From the NCBI GenBank assembly GCA_026770705.1, contig JANJGN010000150.1, positions 930,001 through 994,000 on the forward strand: a stretch of 64,000 nucleotides of DNA. The letters run 5' to 3'. The stretch's first letter is position 1; every line of letters starts with the position of its first letter. Made by a program: the position numbers and the translations under genes. The DNA comes from Isurus oxyrinchus (taxonomy: Eukaryota). Shown here in pieces: positions 10,790-22,646 of the stretch. The notes below the pieces were generated by a model, which had not been told where the DNA came from, did not search any database, and was given only the letters and a program-made list of their open reading frames with translations.

Positions 10790-12760
10790 TTTTCATTCTT
10801 TATATTCCATCCACTCATTATTTTATCCACTCACGGAAACTATTTATCTCCCTCTGCAGCCTCTTTGTGTCCTCCTCAGAACTAGCTTTCCTGCTCAGCT
10901 TATATATTTCCTACCTATCTTCACCACACAGTCAGAAAATCTGTCTACAGTACAGTCAGTCCCTTCATCCAAGTCACTAATGTAGATTGTGAATAGTTGA
11001 GGCCTCAGCACTGATCCCTGTGGCTCTCCACTAGTTACAGTTTACCAAGCTGAAAATCACCCATTTATCCTGGCTCTCTGTTTCCTGTCAGTTAGCCAGT
11101 CCTCTATCCGTATTAATATATCCCCCCCAACACCATCCAATTTCACCCTGTGCAGTATCCTTTGATGTGGCACCTTATCGAATGCCTTTTGGAAATCCAA
11201 TGTCATGAAGAGATATTTGTGTGTAACGTGTGCTTGGAAATAATATTTTCAAATAGAATTCTAGTGGTGGTCCATGTATAGGTGTGTGTCTGGGTGTGTC
11301 TTAATTGGATTAAAGCCAGCTGCTCTGTGTGCTTTGATGTTTAGTAGTTTTGAGATGTTAATTAGGTGAATTGTGAGGAGAACAGTAAAGTGTTCATTTG
11401 CAATTGTTGAATAAACCATTCCAGACTGGGGGTAAAATCTTGCACCTAGTTAGAAGGAGCCAAAAGATGTGTTTTTTCTTGAACTTAGTAATGAAATTGG
11501 TGCAATGAAAGGGGGTTTTATTGTTCGAAGAGCTGGAGTTCAGAAGACCGAGTGATATAATGGAAAATTTACAATCAAAGGGAAAGCTAGCTATATAAAG
11601 GAAGGAGTTTGTGTGTGTGAGGCAGGAGCATTTCAGACCGAACCAGCCTGTAGCCTCCAACCAACTTGCAAAGGAACCTCATTCAGAATTCGTAATGTCA
11701 AATGTGCTTTGCCTGGTGTCTATATTATGTCAATGGTTCATTGTTGCCTTAGTAGAGATTTACATGGGGGTGATTAATTGGGGGATTTGTTAAAAATTTA
11801 TTATAGTAGTTATTTGTAGCCAATGTGTATGTGTTAATTTTGTTGTTAAATTAATAAATGGTTTATTTAGTTTAATATTAAAAAAACCCACAAGCCTCCG
11901 TGGTCTTATTCCTACTGAATTCAAAGTCTTCATCTCGAAATTACAAACAGCAAAATTGGGTTATGACAGTTGTTTCAATTTTCCCTCTGGGATTTGAACA
12001 ACTCAGCCTTTACCCTTGGCTGTGTCATAGTCCCTAATACACCACATCTACAGGTTCCCCTTTATCCAATCCACTTGTTACATCCTCGAGGAAATCTAAT
12101 TATTTTTTCAAACATGATATCCCTTTCACAAACCCATGTTGACTCTGTCTGATTGAATTATGGTTTTCTAAATGTCCTGCTGCTCCCTCCTTCATAATGA
12201 ATTCTGGTATTTTCCCAATGACAGATATTAGACTAACTGACCTGTAGTTTCTTGCTTTCTGCCTCCCCCCTTTATTGAACAGACGTGTTTTATTTATGTT
12301 TTTCCAATCCGCTGGGACCTTCCCATAATCTAAGGAATTCTGGAAGATTACAACCAATGCATCCACCGTCTCTGCAGCCATTTCCTTTCAGACCCTCACA
12401 TTCAGGCCGTCTGCTCCATGGGACTTGTCAGCATTTGTCTCATTAGTTTTCTTAATACTTTTTCTCTGGTGATAGTGATTGTTTTATGTTCCTCCCTCCT
12501 TGTTGCACCGTGACTTTCTCCTGCTATTGGGATGGTTTTAGAGATTTTTACTGTGAAGACAGACACAAAATTCTTGTTGAAAGTCTCTGTCATTTCCTTG
12601 TTTCCCATTATTAATTCCCCAGTCTGATTTTCTATGTGTCCCATTATTACTGTAGCTTCTCTCTTATTTTAATGTACAACATCTCACTGTCATTGTTTAT
12701 GGTTCTTGCTAGTTTACTCTCATATCATCATTTCTGCCTCTTTATTATTCTGCTGGGATC
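10790..12760 (-). mobile_element. CR1-type LINE ORF2 fragment, interrupted by a solo-LTR-like insert
   Basis: Degenerate RT peptides KVPADWK...NYRSVSLISVIGK...SQHGFVKG; sequence resumes after the insert (GGAAATCCAA...TACACCACATCTAC). Confidence 0.8.
11201..12029. mobile_element. Solo-LTR-like element
   Basis: Starts TG, ends ...GCTGTGTCATA; similar to 15128-15863 and 31163-32180; splits a CR1. Confidence 0.55.
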
Positions 12761-12764
12761 CTTC

Positions 12765-13390
12765 AGGTCAGATTTTTGCCCTCGGCAGGGGTGCACAGGG
12801 CTGGGGGCGGTGAGGAATCCGACTATCGCCCGCGATCAGCTCCGCGCTGCGATTTTACGTGGGCGGGCTAATAAAGGCCTGCCAGCATAAGATGTGGCTG
12901 CAGAATGAGTGCAAAGGGGCGGGCAGAGGTGGGTGCTTAGTGACTGCTTGGACCAATGGTGACCCAGCGGCCGATTGAAATCTGGCCACGGCAACCTTCA
13001 AAAGGCTTCCAGTGAAGGACGTTGAAATCATGGTGGACAGCGTTCCGGGTGGAGGGGCATTCGGCCCTGCGTTTCCCTGATGAGTGATGCTGCCCTCCTG
13101 GAGGGTGTGGATATTGACCCCACTGATCCCCCTCCCCCACTCCGCCATTCTATCCTGGGAGACCTGCCAGGTTCCTTTTTCCAGCTGCGATGGGCAGCCC
13201 TTCCACACTTTCCTGTGGGCCCCGCCCTTCATGTCCAAAAGCGCTAAGTTAGAGCAGGGATGGAGAAATGAACAGGGGGTGTGGGATAAGTGTGGGGGTC
13301 TCACAGCCAGAACAGATGCTGCCTCGGGAGGGGGGGGGGAGGTTTCACCAGCTCTCTGTCTTAACAACATCGTAACCACAGTGTGAAGAT
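12765..13390. mobile_element. GC/CpG-rich interspersed element (non-autonomous DNA transposon-like); related type at 32337-32975
   Basis: Abrupt GC-rich insert; at 32.3 kb it interrupts a CR1 3' fragment; family not identified. Confidence 0.4.
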
Positions 13391-14194
13391 TGTCCCCATT
13401 CCCTGTATCTTAATAATATTGTAAAGACAACTGGGAGATGTGCTGCAATCGCTGAGAAAGTATTTGGTGTGCTTACAGCACCACCACTGGCAAGAGAGTG
13501 TAAGTACAGTGTGACATGTTTACATGGGAAATTTTCATGATAAATGCGGACACAGGAATTTACATAATTTGGTGGGGAAATGCAATGACATGAATTAACA
13601 GATTGGAGCAGGAAGGTTGTCCCAGAGTAAGATGTTTAATAAAAATATATCTGTACAGAGTTGTCTGGGCATTTCAATCCCTTGTGACAATAAATGTAAT
13701 ATTATAGAAAATGCAAAAGCTTCTTGTAATCTATCACAGAATAAACAAGTTGCAGAATTCAGAAAGCACATTCTGAAATGTTAACAAAGTTCAGTGATGT
13801 CACATTTCTGCTAATTACTATTTGGCCATGTTGGCTGCACGCAGTCAGACAGTCCCTCGGTTGTGATGTGTCCACACAGCAGGACTGGGATGCATCAGCA
13901 TCAAAGGACATGCTTAGTTGTTGCTGTGCAATGCATTTATTGCGAGCCTGTTGCACACATGCCCTGTCGAAGGTTTCTAGGTGTTTCCATTCTGAATCGA
14001 GGCAGATCAACGTTACTACAACAACTTGCATTTATATAGCAACTTAATGTAGCAAACTGTCCCAAAGCTCTTCAGGGGATTGTTAACCACATATAAATCC
14101 ATCTCTGAGACAAATAATGAGATATAAGGGACAGGTGACAAAAAGCTGAGTTAACAAAGCCAGTTAATAAGGACCATGTTAAAGGAGGAGAGCG

Positions 14195-14322
14195 ATAGAC
14201 AGAGATGCAGAGGGAGAGAGACAGAGAGAGAGAGACAAAGAAGGAGAGAGAGACGGAGAGAGAGAGAGAGACAGACAGAGAATGAGAGAGAGATAGAGAG
14301 ACAGACTGGGAGAGAGAGAGAC
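14195..14322. repeat. (GA)n/(GACA) microsatellite in the gene B 3' region
   Basis: Direct inspection. Confidence 0.9.
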
Positions 14323-14521
14323 ACTGAATCTCTGTCCCCAATGACTCAGCATAAAGTCGTCTCTGGGGAAACATTTCATTCCAAACCACACCAACCACAG
14401 ATCCATTCAGTCCCTTCCTCCCTCTCTCCCCCTCTCCCCCAGTGGGTTGTCTCATGTTCCAAGGAATCACAATCCCTGCCCCCATCCACAAACCTCCTCA
14501 CCCCCTCTCCCCGTTTCACAC

Positions 14522-14770
14522 TCAGTTTTGCTTGAATCTGATCTGTGCGTATTCTGTCTCCTCTTCCCTGTGGACAGTCCCATCACCACTGGGCACCCTG
14601 AAGACTTGGGGATTGGCGTAGAGAAGGTCGCCGGGTTTGTTGTGATTCCAATGTCCAGCATCGCCTCCCACTGGACCTTCAGAGAGATCCCGGGGAGCTG
14701 GGGTCTCCCCCTCACTAGTTGTGTCTCTGGTTGTGTTCCGGGCCTCAGTAATCAGCACGTTCTGTTTACC
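14522..14770 (-). CDS. Gene B: terminal cytoplasmic exon with LLYANP (degenerate ITIM) and TEYAQI (ITSM/ITIM-like)
   Basis: ccctgtag|GGT AAA CAG, phase 0; ...GDLLYANPQVF...EEETEYAQIRFKQN*; two-Tyr layout of CD33-related Siglec tails. Confidence 0.88.
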   Translation of the reverse strand, partial: GKQNVLITEARNTTRDTTSEGETPAPRDLSEGPVGGDAGHWNHNKPGDLLYANPQVFRVPSGDGTVHREEETEYAQIRFKQN

Positions 14771-15127
14771 CTACAGGGAAATGGAAACAGAAGACATCCT
14801 CACATCATTTACTGGCACTGATAGGGTTAAATTATTGTGCAGCCGCGTTAGGGTCAGTCGTGTCTCAGTTGGTTTAACTCTGTCTCTCATATCATATAAA
14901 AGAAACCACCTATGACAGGGCAGCACTCCCTCAGTACTGACCCTCCAACAGTGCAGCACTCCCTCAGGACTGACCCTCTGTCAGTCTCGCACTCCCTCGG
15001 TAATGTCTCTGGCGAGTGCCGGCTTGGATTCTGCACTCAGGTGCCTGGTGTGAGGCTCATTAACATGAACCTTGTAATCAGAGAGAGGATGAGAGGGAAG
15101 AGAAAGAGAGAAAGAGAGAGATAGGGT

Positions 15128-15863
15128 GTTATTAATCTATTAATGTATGTAATGTAAGTGGAAATTGTCATTTTAAACAGGGGTTTAGTCTGTGGGTGTG
15201 TCTGTGAGAGTTTTAATTGGATTAAAGCCAGCCAGTCTGGGTACTTTGATGTCAAGTAGTTTTGAGATGTAAACAAAGAGGTAAAGGGGTAATTTGCATT
15301 TTTAAACAGAGCACTCAATGTCTGAAAGTGAAACCTTAAACGAATCAATGTTTATATTACTAATAATATTGATACGATGAAGGGTGGAGTTCAAAGGTCC
15401 TGATGATTCAATGAGAATTTACATTCAAAGAGAAGAGCTGGGTATAACTTGAGCAGTTTTGTGTGTGCAGAGCAGAGGCTTGTAACATCAAAGCAGCTGT
15501 AAGCCTTCACCTGTCTGCAAAGGAACCAAAGTGAAAGGAACCTCATTTGGAATTTGTGAGGTGAAAATGCTTTGCTTGGAATCTGCTTAAAGTCTATGGG
15601 TTGTCTTAGAGGAGATTAGTTTGGGAATTTGTTAAAAAGTTATGATAATACTAGTGTTTAGCCATGTGCATATGTTTAACTTGTGTAAATTAATAAATGT
15701 CTCATGTAGATTGATATAAAACCATCTCGAGAACTGGTGGTCTTATTCCTGAATTTAGAGCTGCATCTCAAACATTCCACTGGGAAATATAGGTTATGAC
15801 AGTTGTTTAAAGTTTCCCTCTGGGATTTTAAACAGTAGCCTTTACCAGTTGCTGTGTCATAAC
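15128..15863. mobile_element. Solo-LTR-like element in the last intron of gene B
   Basis: TGTT...ATAACA termini; similar to 11201-12029. Confidence 0.55.
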
Positions 15864-15999
15864 AGAGAGACAGCATGATACTGAACCATTGCTGACTCCA
15901 CAGGTACAAATCAGTGGGTAACTGGGCTGGGAATCTGGGACATGTGTTGTCTACACACTGAGATTGAAGCTTTGGAGTGAGTGTAAACAGCTCCTGTAC

Positions 16000-16081
16000 C
16001 TGGTGTTTCACAGAGAGTGGACTGGGGGTCAATGCAATGTCACTGGTCCCTGAAACTCTCTCCTCCATCGCTGTCTTTCTC
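16000..16081 (-). CDS. Gene B: first cytoplasmic exon (RKTAMEERVSGTSDIALTPSPLSVKHQ)
   Basis: ttgcag|G acceptor, CAG|gtacag donor; 82 nt, phase 2 to 0, links TM and last exon in frame. Confidence 0.82.
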
Positions 16082-16219
16082 CTGCAATAACACAATATCA
16101 CACTGTGGTTATCATATAGCAGAGAGTCAGTGCAGCACAGACACAGAGCCCACTGTAACCTTACACCAACGACTGGACTGTCTGTTTAAATCACTTCTGC
16201 ACAAAGCACAGAATCTAGA

Positions 16220-16682
16220 AGCTTGACACCATCCAGAACAAACCAGCCCGATTGATCAACACCCCATCCACCCCATTAAACATTCACTCCCTCCACCACG
16301 AACACACAGTGGCAGCAGTGTGTGTACCATCTACAAGATGCACTGCAGCAACTCAGCAAGGCTCCTTCGACAGCACCTTCCAAACCCACGACCTCTACCA
16401 TCTAGAAGGACAAGGGCAGCAGACACATGGGAACACCACCACCTGGAAGTTCCCCTCCAAGTCACTCACCATCCTGACTTGGAAATATATCACCGTTCCT
16501 TCACTGTCGCTGGGTCAAAATCCTGGAACTCCCTCTCTAACAGCACTGTGGGTGTACCTACACCACATGGACTGCAGCGGGTCAAGAAGGCAGCTCACCA
16601 CCACCTTCTCAAGGGGCAATTAGAGATGGGCAATTTAATAACGGCCTCACCAGTGACAGTCACATTCGATGAAAGAATTTAA
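16220..16682 (+). mobile_element. 3' fragment of a non-LTR retrotransposon; related pieces at 48700-49740 and 55550-55715
   Basis: Repeated interspersed sequence with LINE ORF2 C-terminal-like peptide (KSWNSL...). Confidence 0.7.
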
Positions 16683-16804
16683 AATCTCACAGCTCAGGAG
16701 GAAGCCACTCAGCCCATCGTGCCTGTGCTGGCCCTTTGTAAAAACTGTCCAATTAGTCCTAAGCAAATGTTTATATTAAAATCAAGTTAAATCTTCAGAC
16801 TTAC

Positions 16805-16901
16805 TTTCTCACACAGATGAAGATGAAGATTCCAGCCAGGAAAACACTCAACATGATCCCAGCCGTGAGCAATCCTACTGTCCATTTACTGGAGTCTCTA
16901 C
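16805..16901 (-). CDS. Gene B: transmembrane exon (GRDSSKWTVGLLTAGIMLSVFLAGIFIFICVRK)
   Basis: ttttacag acceptor, AGAAA|gtaagt donor, 97 nt phase 1 to 2; uncharged hydrophobic span. Confidence 0.88.
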
Positions 16902-17928
16902 CTGTAAAAACAGCCATTAATTACTGCACTACAGGTTTACAATGATGCTCCGATGTATCTCGAGAAGCGATACACTCACTCAGTGTTTAAATACTCATTC
17001 TCGGGCAATGCTGACATTTATTGTCCATCCCTAGTTTCCCCTTGAGAAGGTGGTGGGGGGTCTTCCTCCTGAGCCACTGGCTTGTCCCAAACTGGGAGAC
17101 CAGTTCAGAGGGCAGGTCAGAGTTAACCATGTTGGTGTTTGAGACTGGAGTCACATATACACCCAGACGTGTTAAAATGGACAGGTTTCCCTCCCTTAAG
17201 ATCATTAGTGACCCATATTATATATGTAATTTCTATATATATGTATCAAATAACCTCACTAAAATAATAAATTATCACCTCAATTTCACGCTGTTGTTTG
17301 TGGGATCTTGCTGTGTACAAATCAACTGTTGCGTTTCCTACATGACAACAGTGAGCTCACTTCGAAACTGCTTCATTGGTTATCGAGCGTTTTGGCAATT
17401 TCTAAGCATTTTATCAACACAAGTCTTGCATTTCGATGTAATCAATCTAACATTTATATATAATATTTATCAATGTGATCCCTATAACATTAATGTATAA
17501 TATTTAGCAATGTAATCTATGTAACATTTATATATAATGTTTCTCGATGTAATCTATGTAATATTTATATATAATATTTAGTCGTTTGGGAGGAGAACCT
17601 GAGTATTGCTGAGAAAGGACATTTTGTCAAAGCTTTCTGTCTTGCACCCAATGAAGCAGCTTATCTGGGGGAGAGGGTTCCAGATTTCCACTCCCCTTTG
17701 TGTGAAGAAGTGCTTCCTGACATCACCCCCTGAACGGCCTGGCTCCAATTTGACCAAGTGTTGCCATTGTCACATGAGGTCAGGTGATTCAAAGCTTGGT
17801 CAAAGGGGTAAGTTGTACACAGCATCTTAGAGGAGGTAGAGAGAGAGGTGGAGAGGTTGAGGGAGGGAATTCTCGAGTTTAGGGATCAATCCAGCTGAGT
17901 GGAGATCGATCCTGAGCGATTCTGTCAC

Positions 17929-18222
17929 CTTTGACCCACAGATACACCTTGAACATGGCTTCCCCATGTGGGTTTTGAACTGAGCAGGATGCCATCACTC
18001 CCCCCTCATCCTGGGGTCTCATCAGGGTGAGGGAACCAGTCACCAGATGCCCATCTCTGACCTGCCACGACACAAAACCTCCGTGTGTTTGGTTACCACT
18101 GATGTTTGCACTGGGCAGGTGCCAGGTGAGGTCTCCCGGTGGGTTGGATTCAGCCACACAGACACAGGTGACCCCCTCTGACCTCTGAGTGCACTCCGAT
18201 TGCTGGGAAATCTCCGGCTTAT
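17929..18222 (-). CDS. Gene B: membrane-proximal Ig exon (MAG D5 / Siglec-10/11-like CxC type)
   Basis: KPEISQQSECTQRSEGVTCVCVAESNPPGDLTW...VTGSLTL...SCSVQNPHG; 294 nt phase 1-1. Confidence 0.88.
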
Positions 18223-18956
18223 CTGAGGAGGGAAGGACAACAATGAGACAACGTCTTGGCAAAGTTAGAGCGTAAGATAGAATCTTCACACTGAAACATT
18301 CATTCCTGCCTTTGTTACCTCCGCACTCGACTATCCCAACACTCTCCTGCCCGACCTCCCATCTTCCACTCTCCATAAACATCAGCTCATCCCAAACTCT
18401 GCTGTCTCCATGTCCTAACTCACACCGAGTCCCGTTCACACATCACTCCCTGTTGGTCACTGAGCTACACTGGCTCCCGGTCCGACAATGACACAATTTT
18501 AAAGTTAACATCGTTTCAAATCCCTCCTTACCCCCTCCCTATCTCTGTAACCTCCTCCAGCCCCTATAACCCTCCCTATCTCTGTAACCTCCTCCAGCCC
18601 CTACAACCCTCCGAGATCTCTGTGCTCCTCCAATTCCGGCCTCTTGACCATCCCCCGATTACTATCGCTCCACCATTGGCGGCCGTGCCTTCAGCTGCCT
18701 GGGCCCCGAGCTCTGGAATTCCCTCCGTAAACCTCTCCATTTCTATCTCTCTCCTCATTTCAGACACTCCTTAAAATCCGGCCTCTTTCTCTGAGCTTTC
18801 AGTCCCTGTTCTAACATCTCCTTCTGTATCTCGGAGAGGCGCAGGGTGAAAAAAGCAGGGAGGTGATGCTAGTTATGCTAAACCACAGCAAGGAAGCTGC
18901 CCTCAGACAGAAAGTGTTTGAGTTTTAAGCAGAGACAGGGGGAGTAAAATGCTTAC

Positions 18957-19232
18957 ATTGTACGTTCAGGTGGGTGATGTTGGAGGTGCTGTTACCCACC
19001 GGGTTCCTCGCTGTGCAGTAGAAACCTGCATCATTCTCCCGTGTTACAGGAGTGAAGGAGAGAGTGCGGCTACTTGTGTTTAACTGGGTGCTGGTGTTCC
19101 CCTCGATCCTGAACCAGGTGTAATGAGATATCGGTGGGACACTTTCACTGGAGCAGGTTAATGTGATATTGCTTCCCTCTCTTATCCCACCTGAGGATCT
19201 GCTGATGGACACCATCGTCTCCTGTGGGGGAT
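18957..19232 (-). CDS. Gene B: CD22-like C2/I-set Ig exon
   Basis: PPQETMVSIS...REGSNITLTCSSESVPPISHYTWFR...DAGFYCTARNPVG; 276 nt phase 1-1. Confidence 0.88.
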
Positions 19233-19409
19233 CTGGAACAAAGACAGAGAACAATCAGCAGGTAATCCCCACACCCCACAGCTCTCCGAAATCTCTGCGC
19301 TCCTCCAATTCTGAACTCTTGGACATTCTCCCATTCCCATCTCTCCACCATTGGCGGCCGTGGATTCAGCTGAGAAACCCTCCAGTCCAGTCACTAGTGC
19401 GGAGTTCAG

Positions 19410-21022
19410 ATCCCCTCCCACATTCTTTCTCTGGAACATCGATGACTGTTTCGATGCTGCTTCATGCTCAGTCTGGACCTGGGAAGATTTATCTATTTTG
19501 CTTCCAAGTTTCCCCCCTCCATCATTCTCACAGGGTCCATCTCTGACACTTCCCTTCCCTTCCTTGATCTCCCTGTCTCAACTTCTGGTGATAGACTGTC
19601 CACCAATATCCATTACAAGCCCACTAACCCCCACACAGACCTCGAATTCAGCTCCTCACACCCCGCTTCCTGTAAGGACTCCATCCCATTCTCTCAGTTC
19701 CTTCGCCTCTGTCGTATCAGATCCGATGATGCCACTTTCCAAAACAGCCCTTCTGACATGTCCTGCGTCTTCATTAACCAAGGTTTCACACCCATGGTGG
19801 GTGAGGGGGCCCTGAACCATGTCTGGCCCATCTCCCATGCATCCGCCCTCACACCTTCCTCTCCCTCCCTGAACCATGATGAGGTCCCCCTTGTCCTCAC
19901 TTATCACCCCACCAGCTTCTGCATTCAAAGGATCATCCTCCGCCATTTCCGTCAACTCCAGCATGATGCCACCACCAAACACATCTTCCTTTCACCGCCC
20001 ACTGTTGGCAATCCATAGGGATCGTTCTCTCCAGGACACCATGGTCCATTCCTCCATCACCCTCAACACCTCAACCTCCACCCATGGCATCTTCTCATGC
20101 AATTACAGAAGGTGCAACACCTGCCCCTTTACTTCCCCCCTTCTCACCGTCCAAGGGCCCAAACACTCCTTCCAGGTGAAACAGCATTTAACTTGCACTT
20201 CCCTCAATTTGTTCTACTGCATTCGCTGCTCCCAGTGCGGTTTCCTCTACATTGGAGACACCAAACGGAGATTGGGTGACAGCTTTGCAGAAGACCTTTG
20301 GTCTGTCCACAAGCATGACGCAGACCTCCCTGTCGCTTGCCATTTTAACACCCCACCCTGCTCTCATGCCCACATGTCCGTCCTTGGCCTGCTGCATTGT
20401 TCCAGTGAAGCCCAACACAAACTGGAGGAACAGCACCTCATCTTCCGACCTGGCACTTTACAGCCTTCCGGACTGAATATTGAGTTCAACAATTTCTGGT
20501 CATGAACTCTCTCCTCGATCTTCACTGCTTTTTGAACCCTTTTTTATGTATTCATTTTAATTGTTTTATTTGTTAACTGTTTTCCACTTATTTTTATTAT
20601 TATTATTTGAAATTCATTTCCATTTTTATTGATTGTTTTATCCGCAGATTTTAGTCTATTTTCGATGTTTATTCCCTCCACTGTCCCCTCCCCCTGCCAC
20701 ACCCCCACGAGGGCCATCTGTCTCTTTCCAGAGTGCTTACCCTGGTCCGCCCATTATCACACTCTGCTTAATGTCACCATTAGCACCTCCTTTATCCAAT
20801 ACCACCACTGTTAACAACCCTTTGACCTTTTGTTTATGACATCTTCCACAATCTCTCCATTGCCTCCACCTATCGCTGGTTTTCTATCCAGCTCCACCTG
20901 TCCCATCGCCCCCCCTTAGACAGGATATATTTCACCACATGTCTACTTCCCTTTAGCTCTGAAGAGGAGTCTTACGGACTCCAAACGCTAACCCTGTCTT
21001 TCTCTCCACAGATGCTGCCAGA
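19410..21022 (+). mobile_element. Penelope-like retroelement, 5'-truncated and degenerate (RT C-terminus + GIY-YIG endonuclease + terminal repeat)
   Basis: LPFLDL...HYKPT...HPASCKDSIPFSQFLRL; YCIRCSQCGFLYIGDTKRRL; frameshifted. Confidence 0.85.
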
Positions 21023-21330
21023 TGCTCAGAATCAGCTGGATGGACAGAAAGACCAATGAGTGGCTTAGATCAAGAGGAGATGTTCAGCAATTAAAAGGGT
21101 TGTTCAGGACAGTTAGAGAGAGAAAGGTCGTCAAGTACGGAGATTGGAAACGAAGACCTGACAGCCTTGTCCTCACAACCATTGAAGGAGAAACTGAGAG
21201 CAAAAACAGAAAGGGAGAGGAAAAATTGGATGTGTGGATAACGTGGACTGAGCGAGGATTGAAGAAAACTGGATTAAAAACAACACGATCCCAATGGCTC
21301 CACGGAGACCACGGAGACAACAAACAAACA
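21022..21330 (+). mobile_element. RTE-clade LINE 3' fragment
   Basis: LRISWMDRKTNE...RKVVKYG...IEGE..KNRKG resembles the RTE ORF C-terminus. Confidence 0.55.
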
Positions 21331-21349
21331 AATGTATCTCCACACTCAC

Positions 21350-21416
21350 ATTCCACAGTGATGGTTATGAACCCCTCCACTGCTCCATGTTCATTCTCTG
21401 CCACACACTGATAGTC
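21350..21416 (-). pseudogene. Gene B: 3' remnant of the repeated stalk Ig exon (DYQCVAENEHGAVEGFITITVE)
   Basis: Matches the last 67 nt of the 282-nt exon with donor kept; 5' part and acceptor lost. Confidence 0.8.
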
Positions 21417-21609
21417 ACAACCTGGGCCCCCTCTGCCCTATCAGGTTGGGATAAACAATCCCAAGGGTCAATACAAGGAACAGCTCTCCCTGGTCAATAT
21501 CACTCATTAGAAAAGGACCAGTTTTGTCTTCAAGTGATGTTTGTGGGATCTTGCTCTGCACATTATATCCTAATACCGCTAATATAGAATAAAGGATGTC
21601 CATACTTAC

Positions 21610-21906
21610 ATTGTACAGTCAGTACGAGGGTCCGCTCCGATGAAACAGATGGATATCTCACTCTGCAGCTGAGAGTGTGTCCGTGGTGTTTGAGTGATGG
21701 GGTCAGGGTCAGAACAGAAGTATAGGTCAGAGTGACACCATGCTGAGTTACAGTGTTTGAGACTGATCCAGGTACGTCAGTGGGAGTGTCCCAGGTTAAG
21801 ACAGGTGCTGCTGTTCCATTGCACGTTGTGTTGAAGGTGCAGCTTACATCCACACGCTTTCCTGCAATAATTTCAGCAGGGAATATCGTGGGTTTATCTG
21901 TGAAAT
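21610..21906 (-). CDS. Gene B: Siglec D2 C2-set exon
   Basis: 297 nt, near-identical to 5170-5466, intact splice sites. Confidence 0.9.
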
Positions 21907-22277
21907 CTAACAGACAGAGAATGGATCCTTTTAGAGAAATATAACATGAAGCGTCAGCTCAAATAGAAACCACAGACCCACAAGAGAAAGCACTTTTACA
22001 AGGATGATATCAGAACTGAGATGTTTCAACGATACTGATAGACTGTTAGACACAATTAGAGTGATCAATGGGAGTGGAATACATTTAATCATTGATATTA
22101 AAGTGAGTATTAGAGTTTGCTTTAGGACTGAACTGGAAGTAATCACGAGGTTATTGAGAATTAGACAGTGTGTTATAATAAGCTGTGTTTTGTGTTAATG
22201 TGTAAATGTCACAGTTTGTGTTATTTCCCATTGAGTGCTGAATGTGAATTGTTGAGTAATTATAACACAGCACTTAC

Positions 22278-22646
22278 CAGAAACGTGAAGCTGGGTTACA
22301 GGGTAATAGTTATGGCTCGGACCATTGTCAAATTCTATTCTGAAAAAATAAGGTCCTTCATCTTCCCGTCTGATGTTGTTTATAATCAGGGAACAGTCAC
22401 CATCTTTCAAGTCTCCAGACAGCCGGGTCCGATGGTGGTACCGTGGTAACTCGTGACTGTGATCCTTGGAGTGAAAGGCAATGGGAGCCCAGGGAATCTG
22501 ATTCTCATTATTAAACCAGACTCCACCTCGCGGTTGGTTTTCCAGACACGATGGATAACTGTAATGACATGGAATCTGTACACACGAACCTTCCTGTGCT
22601 GTCACCTCTCGTGGAGTGTCACCTTTCCACTCTTGTGAGGGTTCAG
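22278..22646 (-). CDS. Gene B: internal V-set exon V2 (AEPSQEW..., 369 nt)
   Basis: Open frame, ccccag acceptor and G|gtaagt donor, YFFRIE Arg, extra Cys YPSCLEN. Confidence 0.88.
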
